From Patescibacteria group bacterium (lineage in GTDB: Bacteria > Patescibacteriota > Patescibacteriia > GWA2-46-9), in the NCBI GenBank assembly GCA_041660005.1, contig JBAZXG010000005.1, positions 4,064 through 68,063 of the forward strand: DNA of 64,000 bases. The letters are read 5' to 3'. Under the pieces are notes generated by a model that saw only the letters and a list, made by a program, of their open reading frames with translations, did not search any database and was not told the DNA's origin. Position 1 is the stretch's first letter, and every line of letters begins with the position of its first letter. A program made the translations under genes and the position numbers. Positions 1 to 7,418 of the stretch are shown here, one piece after another.

Positions 1-1391
1 TCCCGGTTATTCTTTGGCTGCTGCATATCTTTGCGAGCAAACTCACCAATCTCGGTTGCGTAGGGTAAGCTCGTCGGAGGTGGCGTGTGTTTAAACTCAG
101 TCCGTTGCACCATAGCGCGCATCGGCTCAAATTCAGTCTTGATCGGAAAATGCCAAAGCGTCGCCAGTTCTTCGATATTCATCACCTGAGGCTCCCGCCC
201 GAATTCAAGTTCCCGCACACGGTAGCGATGCATAATTTTCCTGCGTTTCATGTTTTTTCGCCACTCAACAAAAAAGTAGTTAGCGTGTACGCCAACGTGT
301 TTGGTGTCGGGCTTGAGTGAATTAAGATCCTCAGTATTAAACTGCTTTATTGCTCCAACAAGCGCCTCTCTGCCGTGCGTCACGTTGTAACGCTCTTTCG
401 TTCCAATATAAATAAAGCGAATTTTTGTTTCAAAACCAATTTTTTTCACCTTAAGTGACATGGCCTCCACGCGTTCACGATCGTAGGGCGAAAGCAACAA
501 TAAACCACTGATGGTGGAGCTGTCGCCATGCGTCTCTTCTAAAACCCCTGAGCCGCCAGAAAACTGATGCGACGCTGACTTTCCAAATTTAGAAAATTCA
601 TCCGCTATTCTTCCAAGAACAGACGGGGAATGCTTTACATTACCCATGGCAGCTGTAATTTTATGAATCACCTCTTGTTTCCACTTGTTGTCTATAGGGA
701 GAATAATTATTTGCAGCCACAATTGTTCACCAGGCCCGAGCTTGCTCATTGTTTCCAACACCGCATTCATCGGATCCTTAAATTCCCTCGTCATCATGTG
801 CTCAAACTCAGGATAAGTACGAATAGGAAGGGCTTCGTTCTCAACGTAAATAACTTCAGTTCCGTACATATCATATCGTTCATCCGGATAAACTGCAGGA
901 TAACCGACCGTATAATCCTCTACCTCAGTTATTTGCGCATCCGGGTACTGACTATATATTGCGGCCTCAACTAAATCGCGGAATCGAATCTCTGTACGAA
1001 TCAAAAACTGCACATAACCCTCAATACTAACAATTTCTAAGGAAAACTCCTCCTGCACCTGTCCGTACCAATATTTTTCTAGCATTGTTTTTGTACCGTG
1101 TGCACCCGCTAAATGTGCAAAAATATTCTCAACAGCTTTGGGGGATTGAATATTGTCTTTAGGGACATCGATAGCAAGCAGCACGTATTTAAAAGTATGC
1201 TCACGGTATTTCTCCTTAATGTGGCGCATCCAGAAAAACCAAAAGATACGGACAAACGCAGCAACAAAAACCACCCAACCGCCATGCGTTACGATGTAAA
1301 AAAAGAGTTTCCAACTACTCAGAAGCGGTGATGCTCCGTAAATGGCTTCATTAAATAGCTGTAGAAATGTCGACGGTGCTGATGGATCCAT
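1..1391 (-). CDS. Conserved hypothetical protein with N-terminal membrane anchor (runs off the window at its 3' end)
   Basis: Not in the ORF track. Manual translation from ATG 1391 (MDPSAPSTFLQLF...LLAIDVPKDNIQSPKAVENIFAHL...FSLEIVS...NIEELATLWHFP) is open to the window edge and resembles a common CPR family. Confidence 0.8.
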   Translation of the reverse strand, partial: MDPSAPSTFLQLFNEAIYGASPLLSSWKLFFYIVTHGGWVVFVAAFVRIFWFFWMRHIKEKYREHTFKYVLLAIDVPKDNIQSPKAVENIFAHLAGAHGTKTMLEKYWYGQVQEEFSLEIVSIEGYVQFLIRTEIRFRDLVEAAIYSQYPDAQITEVEDYTVGYPAVYPDERYDMYGTEVIYVENEALPIRTYPEFEHMMTREFKDPMNAVLETMSKLGPGEQLWLQIIILPIDNKWKQEVIHKITAAMGNVKHSPSVLGRIADEFSKFGKSASHQFSGGSGVLEETHGDSSTISGLLLLSPYDRERVEAMSLKVKKIGFETKIRFIYIGTKERYNVTHGREALVGAIKQFNTEDLNSLKPDTKHVGVHANYFFVEWRKNMKRRKIMHRYRVRELEFGREPQVMNIEELATLWHFPIKTEFEPMRAMVQRTEFKHTPPPTSLPYATEIGEFARKDMQQPKNNR

Positions 1392-1394
1392 CTT

Positions 1395-2612
1395 TTATGT
1401 TTTAGAACTGACGAGCGAATAACGCCCGTCCTCGCCTTTTACAAATAGTGACTGATTAAGAAGCGCCAGGTGAATCGTTTGCTTTTTTACCATACGTTTC
1501 CGCAAAACCTCGCTCACAATTTCTTCTCTCGTTAACGATTTTCGCTCGACTAAAAGTTCCCGAACAACGTCCCCCACTGTTCCCGGCTGATACCCCCACT
1601 CCCGGAGTGCATACAAACCGCGTCCCACTAACACGAAACGTTTATCTAAAATAAGTTCGTTATGTACCGACGGAGCTTTGGCAACTTTTGCATCAAAATG
1701 AGCGCCATTAATTTTCTCGGTTATCGCGCTAAAGTGAAGCGGCTTGCCCTCATGACGCAGTATTAAATAAATTTTATCGTTCATGCGCCGCGGACGAATC
1801 GTCGGCCACGATTGTTTACCCCATTCGCCGAATATATTTTGCGACAAGTCCCCAGAAGCTGCTAAATACGCAGTGAGCACGCCATCCTCTTCGGCGGCTG
1901 TTGGTTCCTCATCTACATTTGGATCGCTGAGAAATTCTCGGGCAATATGCACAGGTTCAGCTACGAGCTGCCGTTTGTGCTCAATATAGTATGGCTGCTG
2001 ACGATAACGACGCAGTAACTCTGTGAGCTGCAGCGGAACGCCAGCCGGCTCCACGACGTTTAAAAAAGCTCCTACGGCTCCTTGCAACAGTAACGTATCG
2101 ACACCCGTCAACACGTAAAGCGTACGAAGCTTCTGCTGCTCGACACGACGTTCAACAAATCCTTCAAGTAAGTTGTCAAGTAAAAAATGAAGGCAGGCTC
2201 TGGTACGTATCTCTTGCGTGCTTGCGTCACCCGAGGTGTGTGAATAATGTAACAGCTGATTAATAAAGTATTCTGACTCTAAAGCTCCTCCATGGCTTCT
2301 GAGTAAGTATTCGGTCGTGCGAATAAATAACTTCAACTCATCATGCTTTGATCGCAGCGCTTGCAGTTTGCCTACAGAAGATTTTGTAATTTGACGGACA
2401 CGCTCTCTCGTAACTTGAAGTTTTTTTCCTATTTCCTCAAGGGTCTCGGTCTGACCACCGTCAGGAACAGCAAAACGGTGACGAACCACCTCTGCTTCAC
2501 GCGGAGTTAATGTCCCCAAAAGATGCACAACTACTGAAACTGGATCAAACGAACGAATTTCCTCAGCATGGCGCTGTGTTATAAGTTTGTCTAAAATACT
2601 GTACTCAGACAT
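1395..2612 (-). CDS. Sigma70 region-4-like HTH protein with C-terminal winged-HTH (RpoE/HARE-HTH-like) domain
   Basis: LTPREAEVVRHRF...TLEEIGKKLQVTRERVRQI, C-terminal PLHFSAITEKI...SVHNELILDKRFVLVGRGLYALREW; start placed at ATG 2612. Confidence 0.75.
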   Translation of the reverse strand: MSEYSILDKLITQRHAEEIRSFDPVSVVVHLLGTLTPREAEVVRHRFAVPDGGQTETLEEIGKKLQVTRERVRQITKSSVGKLQALRSKHDELKLFIRTTEYLLRSHGGALESEYFINQLLHYSHTSGDASTQEIRTRACLHFLLDNLLEGFVERRVEQQKLRTLYVLTGVDTLLLQGAVGAFLNVVEPAGVPLQLTELLRRYRQQPYYIEHKRQLVAEPVHIAREFLSDPNVDEEPTAAEEDGVLTAYLAASGDLSQNIFGEWGKQSWPTIRPRRMNDKIYLILRHEGKPLHFSAITEKINGAHFDAKVAKAPSVHNELILDKRFVLVGRGLYALREWGYQPGTVGDVVRELLVERKSLTREEIVSEVLRKRMVKKQTIHLALLNQSLFVKGEDGRYSLVSSKT

Positions 2613-2655
2613 CGTTATATGGGCTAGTAAATGAATCAAAAACTATGATGCTTGT

Positions 2656-2684
2656 AAAATAGCATAAAAAATAGATTATGTCAA
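2656..2684 (-). promoter_or_regulatory. Sigma70-type promoter
   Basis: TTGACA-17 bp-TATTTT with extended TG, upstream of the gene starting at 2612. Confidence 0.6.
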
Positions 2685-2689
2685 CACAA

Positions 2690-2714
2690 AACAAGGGGCT
2701 TTATGCCCCTTGTT
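2690..2714 (-). terminator. Intrinsic terminator after secF
   Basis: AACAAGGGGC-TTTAT-GCCCCTTGTT hairpin, T-rich tail on the minus strand. Confidence 0.75.
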
Positions 2715-2734
2715 CTTGTAATACTGTAATTATG

Positions 2735-3685
2735 CTAATACTGAGCTAACCGACGCTTCTCCTTCCAGGAGTACCAGCTAACAAGCAATGGTGAAGCAAT
2801 AAAGATCGAGCTGTAGGTTCCAAAAGTGATGCCGAACACGAGAGCTAGAACAAAATAGCGGCTACTCGCACCACCAAAGAACAGTGTGAAGAGTAAAACG
2901 AGCAGTGTGGTGAGTGACGTGTTAAGAGATCGCGACATTGTTTCGTTGAGACTACGGTTGACAACTTTGGCAAATGAATCCGTTGTGTGATGTAAGTTCT
3001 CTCGAATACGGTCAAAAACAACGATGGTGTCGTGAACAGAAAAACCGAGGAGCGTTAAGAGCGCGGTAATAAACAAGGTATCAATTTCAACGCCCATAAA
3101 ATGACCGAGCACGGCAAAAATGCCGACGGTAATAATGGTGTCGTGAAAGAGTGCGATAATAGCAGCCATACCGTACTGCCAGGAAGGGACCGGTCGCGAT
3201 ACCTTTCTGAACGCCCAAGCAATATACAAAACAATAGCGCCGAGTACGGTCGCAAGAGCAAGTATTGAGTTCTGCCGGAGCTCCGCACCAATAGTTGGGC
3301 CAATGGCGGTAAAACGCTCGACAGTAAGCTTACTGCCATCCTCTCCCCCAAACTTTTTTTTCAAAGTACTCACCAACAGTTCATGGTCTGCATCGCTGAT
3401 GGCAGAACCTTCTTTGGCGCCAATTCGCAAAACAGCGCCTTGGCTTCCAACGGGCGTAACATCAACTTTGCCGAGTGAACTGGGTAGCGCCGTTTCAATG
3501 TCTGCCACGACTGGCCTGTCACCAGTAAAGGCAACTTCGAGAAGCGACCCTCCAGTAAAATCGATACCGTACCGCAAACCCCAGCCAGGCACAACCACCG
3601 CCAAAATCGCCAACACCGTCAAAGTGCCGGAAAATATATATGCCACGCGGCGATACCCTACAATGTTAAAGTTTCTGCGCTTCAT
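2735..3685 (-). CDS. secF: Protein translocase subunit SecF
   Basis: GIDFTGGS, IGPTIGAEL, HDTIVVFDRIREN, GTYSSIFIASP. Confidence 0.97.
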   Translation of the reverse strand: MKRRNFNIVGYRRVAYIFSGTLTVLAILAVVVPGWGLRYGIDFTGGSLLEVAFTGDRPVVADIETALPSSLGKVDVTPVGSQGAVLRIGAKEGSAISDADHELLVSTLKKKFGGEDGSKLTVERFTAIGPTIGAELRQNSILALATVLGAIVLYIAWAFRKVSRPVPSWQYGMAAIIALFHDTIITVGIFAVLGHFMGVEIDTLFITALLTLLGFSVHDTIVVFDRIRENLHHTTDSFAKVVNRSLNETMSRSLNTSLTTLLVLLFTLFFGGASSRYFVLALVFGITFGTYSSIFIASPLLVSWYSWKEKRRLAQY

Positions 3686-5523
3686 AACTGTTCACTTTCA
3701 GAATTTTTATGAGACCAACCGTACAGCCACAATCGCTTGGTGCTACCATTACCAACAACAAGACGCAGGAACGAGCGGGTAACCGTGATCGCGCTGAACA
3801 TACTCACCAAAATACCAAACGCTAGAGTTAGCGCAAAACCGCGAATCACGCTCGTACCAAACCAGTACAGTATGAGACATGTAAGCAGTGACGAAACGTT
3901 TGAATCGCGAATTGATGTCCAGGCACGTTGAAACCCTACCTCAATTGCAGATTGCAGCGGACGCTTATCAGCAAGCTCCTCGCGCAGGCGTTCAAAGATA
4001 AGAACGTTTGCGTCTACCGCCATACCAATCGACAAAATAAATCCTGTCACTCCGGCTAATGTTAATGTTACGGGCCAAATTTTGAAAACAGCCAAAGCAA
4101 TACTTGAATAAATAAGCAAAGCAAGAACAGAAAGTATGCCCGGCAGGCGGTAATAGAGAATCATAAAAATCGCGACAAACAGAAACCCCATGAGCCCTGC
4201 CTTCAGACTCCGATCAATGGCAGCCGCACCAAGTTTAGCTCCAACAGTTTGCTGCGAAACTAACGTAATAGGAACGGGCAGCGCACCGGCGTTTAAGCGT
4301 TGCGCCAGAAGCTTTGCTTCGTCAATGGTAAAACTGCCAGTAATGACCGCTTCTCCGCCCACAATTGCCTGCTGTACAGTTGGTAAACTAATTGGCTGCT
4401 TGTCGAGGAAAATACCAACGGGTTTGCCAATGTTTCTACTGGTAATTTCTTCGAATAACTTTGACCCTTCGGCATTAAAACGAAGTTGTACCTGTGGTTG
4501 ATTAGTCTGCTGCGCAAAAACAACGGCTGCTGAGTCCAGTTGTTTACCCGACAATTCTGTATTTTTCCACCCACCGTTGGTGTCCTTTGGCAAAAAGTCA
4601 CTCTCTGAAGGTGCGGAAATGAGAATGTGGCGCGCGTGAATCTCCAGCGTGCCATCAGCGCTCTTTCGGTCATCAAGTCTTTGGATAACATGATAGCCAT
4701 AAGCAGACTGAACCGGTCGCGTCGTAACTTGGTTCGTTTTTAATTGATCAAACAGCGCAGTGCCAAATTCAGAGACAACACTCGCCTTAGTTATATACCC
4801 CAAATCGCCGCCATTCTCTTTCGAGCCGGTATCAGCAGAAAACTCCTTTGCCAGTGCTGCAAAATCAGCACCAGTTTTTAAACGCCGAATGATGTCCTCA
4901 GCTTTTTTCTTTGCATTAATCTGACCGTCAGCAATAATTTTCTTTTGCTCAGTAGTCAAAACTGGTGCCACGGCATTTGTATCTTGTTCTTTGAATTCAA
5001 GTAGCGGCGTTTCACCGATCTGCTTTATGGCGTCTGCCACATTCTCTACCCCAGCAAGTTCAACCAGCACGCGCCACTGATCCCCTGAACGGTCAGTTTG
5101 AACGACCGGCTCGGCTACGCCAAAAGCATTAACCCGTCGATCGATGACATCACGAACACCCTCAAGAGCTGAAGCGCGATCCTTTTGAGGAATCTTACTT
5201 GTATCAGCGTCATACAAAAGTTGCGTCCCACCAACTAAATCAAGGCCGAGACGAAATGGTCGATTAATAAAATGCGGAACGCCGGCCTTGAGAGCACCAC
5301 CGACCCACCCGAGGCCTCTTGGAAAATGATTTGATCCGAGATTAGCCAATTTAGGATTTACAGCATCTACCGCTCGGTTATAGTAAACCGGATCATTATA
5401 GAGAGCTGTGGTAATGGTCAAAATAATAATAGCGACAAAAGTCCAGCGCACTCTCCCTCGCCGCGTCTGGAAAGTAACCTTAAGTGCCATCCATAAAAAA
5501 CCTAGGCCGTGCAAGATAAACAT
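3682..5523 (-). CDS. secD: Protein translocase subunit SecD with inserted parvulin-type PPIase domain
   Basis: LGLDLVGG, RVNAFGVAEP, AGALPVP, IGMAVDANVLIFER; insert DFAALAKEFSADTGSKENGGDLG...GYHVI; start could be 5490. Confidence 0.95.
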   Translation of the reverse strand: MFILHGLGFLWMALKVTFQTRRGRVRWTFVAIIILTITTALYNDPVYYNRAVDAVNPKLANLGSNHFPRGLGWVGGALKAGVPHFINRPFRLGLDLVGGTQLLYDADTSKIPQKDRASALEGVRDVIDRRVNAFGVAEPVVQTDRSGDQWRVLVELAGVENVADAIKQIGETPLLEFKEQDTNAVAPVLTTEQKKIIADGQINAKKKAEDIIRRLKTGADFAALAKEFSADTGSKENGGDLGYITKASVVSEFGTALFDQLKTNQVTTRPVQSAYGYHVIQRLDDRKSADGTLEIHARHILISAPSESDFLPKDTNGGWKNTELSGKQLDSAAVVFAQQTNQPQVQLRFNAEGSKLFEEITSRNIGKPVGIFLDKQPISLPTVQQAIVGGEAVITGSFTIDEAKLLAQRLNAGALPVPITLVSQQTVGAKLGAAAIDRSLKAGLMGFLFVAIFMILYYRLPGILSVLALLIYSSIALAVFKIWPVTLTLAGVTGFILSIGMAVDANVLIFERLREELADKRPLQSAIEVGFQRAWTSIRDSNVSSLLTCLILYWFGTSVIRGFALTLAFGILVSMFSAITVTRSFLRLVVGNGSTKRLWLYGWSHKNSESEQL

Positions 5524-5893
5524 GACACCACGACCCAGCCATTCGATAGGCTTAGTTACAATAGCGCGAATTGAACCGAGAAATTTGAAGTTTATCTTTT
5601 TCAGATGATGAAACTACAGAAAAACCCCCTTTCGGGGTAAGCGAAACTATGGTAGCAAAAATGACAGTTAATGCAAGACCGCGGCACACAATAACACCTC
5701 AGCTGTTTATATTGAAACAACGTAACCCATGCGTATCAAGACTTATTCCTCAAATATCCCATTGATTTCAGCAATTTCCTGGCTGGATGGACAAGATTGA
5801 AATACAAACCAATCCCAGGCGGCTTCCTCACTGAGAAGACCCAAATTATCTTTCTCTGCAACACCGATCATTAAAGTAACGGTATTCACAACT

Positions 5894-6391
5894 CTAAATA
5901 TTTTTATACTTCTTAGTACTCTCTAGTATAGAGACTTCGTCAAGATCAGATCTTTTATACAAATCGTGCTGAGTGCTCATTTTGCTTATCAAAAAATCAA
6001 TCGGTAAAAATTTTATTTCACTGCCAGCTTCGGGGTCAGACATGTCACGCAACGAAGCATCGAATTTAACTAAATTGCACAGAAAATAAAGCGTGGTTTT
6101 TTTAACTTGAATACTTCCACGAGGAAACTCACTGGTAACCGCCCCAATATACGTTTCAATTATTGCCTCAACACCACATTCTTCAAGTAACCCTCTATGC
6201 ACAGCTGTCTCAAGTGTCTCTCCAACCTCAAGCGTTTCTCTCATTAACAAATATAAATTTTTATAGCATCCACCGTAAAGCTCAGTCGAAGTGAAATAAT
6301 GACAAAAAACTTCGTTCCGATCGTTTAAGACAACTGCCCCAACCGAAAGATGGTACGGATGCTCTTTGGTTCCATTGAAGTAGTTAGACAT
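5894..6391 (-). CDS. NUDIX-fold protein (divergent Nudix box)
   Basis: SVGAVV...ETLEVGETLETAVHRGLLEECG. Confidence 0.75.
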   Translation of the reverse strand: MSNYFNGTKEHPYHLSVGAVVLNDRNEVFCHYFTSTELYGGCYKNLYLLMRETLEVGETLETAVHRGLLEECGVEAIIETYIGAVTSEFPRGSIQVKKTTLYFLCNLVKFDASLRDMSDPEAGSEIKFLPIDFLISKMSTQHDLYKRSDLDEVSILESTKKYKNI

Positions 6392-6410
6392 AACGAAGAT
6401 AATGTACCGA

Positions 6411-6839
6411 TCAAATTTTCGATAGGTCCCCTCTTAATACAATCGGCTGCATGGCTTTAATTTCATCACTGTAGCTCATCTTTGGAATATTATTCAACAA
6501 AAAAATCTTTTTATTGAGAACATGAGCAAACCCCATTTCTAAAAACACATTGCCGCCAATATACCCCTTAATCCCCTTCTTGTCATAATTGGCAACAAGT
6601 ACCACATCGCAATCATTAATGACGTTCCAGTATGCTCGTATTGAATCATACTGAATGGCTCTGTCGGAAAATTTTCCGCTTTTCTTCTCGTCTTTTATAC
6701 TATCCAAGGAAAACTCTCCAGCCAAAATTTTTCCTGAAGTAATTGGAATATGCACATCGAACTTCCGCGCACGAAGTTCATTTGCTAGTTTTTCAACTTC
6801 ATACGTAAAATCTAAGCTTGCACAAATTGCGATTTTCAT
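6411..6839 (-). CDS. Nucleoside 2-deoxyribosyltransferase-like protein
   Basis: DVVLVAN...YIGGNVFLEMGFAHVLNKKIFL, with the conserved Glu. Confidence 0.6.
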   Translation of the reverse strand: MKIAICASLDFTYEVEKLANELRARKFDVHIPITSGKILAGEFSLDSIKDEKKSGKFSDRAIQYDSIRAYWNVINDCDVVLVANYDKKGIKGYIGGNVFLEMGFAHVLNKKIFLLNNIPKMSYSDEIKAMQPIVLRGDLSKI

Positions 6840-6842
6840 AAA

Positions 6843-7304
6843 TTACTTGCCATGACACTCTCGATATTTTTTACCGCTTTCGCACACGCACAATGTATTT
6901 AATTTAAAAAAATTACAATCGGAAACAAAGAGTGGCTCTGGTAAATCATTTAAATGAAACCATCGAATCTCAGTGCAGCGATCAGGCTCCATCATTCTAG
7001 GCTTCCCGCTCCACTTCGTTGCTTTCATAAAGATAGTCACATAATGCTTCTGCTCTTTTTTAAAAACATCGTTAGTTACGCCGAGAACGCGTACTTCCTC
7101 AATGTCTAAATCAACTTCTTCTTTTGTCTCTCTCATAGCGTTTTGTAAAAAGCTTTCCTGCCACTCCAAATGACCACCCGGCAAACACCAAGTACCTGCT
7201 CCATGACTTCCGCTTCTCTTTTCAAGCAAAACTTGATTCTTATCGTTTAAAATAAAAATACCAGTACCCACACTTGGTCTCATTGCCTTAGTTTCATTTA
7301 CCAT
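6843..7304 (-). CDS. NUDIX hydrolase (MutT/NUDT15-like) with C-terminal SEC-C-like motif
   Basis: WCLPGGHLEWQES...AMRETKEEVDL, KHYVTIFM, MEPDRC; ends CVCESGKKYRECHGK. Confidence 0.88.
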   Translation of the reverse strand: MVNETKAMRPSVGTGIFILNDKNQVLLEKRSGSHGAGTWCLPGGHLEWQESFLQNAMRETKEEVDLDIEEVRVLGVTNDVFKKEQKHYVTIFMKATKWSGKPRMMEPDRCTEIRWFHLNDLPEPLFVSDCNFFKLNTLCVCESGKKYRECHGK

Positions 7305-7396
7305 AGTATTTATACTGCGTATTTCGCTCCGGATTACAGCTCACCACTCATACATTATTATTAGCAGACCTAAGCATTTTTTCCATGGCAATGTTT

Positions 7397-7418
7397 GTCC
7401 CTCGACTTCGCTCAGGAC
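7397..7418. repeat. Short REP-like imperfect palindrome overlapping the secA stop codon
   Basis: GTCC-CTCGACTTCGCTCA-GGAC; contains the secA TGA (7412-7414). Confidence 0.5.

Noticed and set aside
87-1331. Three short plus-strand ORFs
   Set aside because: Antisense shadows of the long minus-strand CDS 1-1391
5744-5890. Short minus-strand ORF (about 48 aa) after the NUDIX gene
   Set aside because: No recognisable motif and too short to support
7412-7414. UGA=Gly recoding (genetic code 25) to explain the in-frame tail after secA
   Set aside because: Long genes have no internal TGA, and TGA serves as a coupled stop elsewhere (secD, ftsW, fluC)
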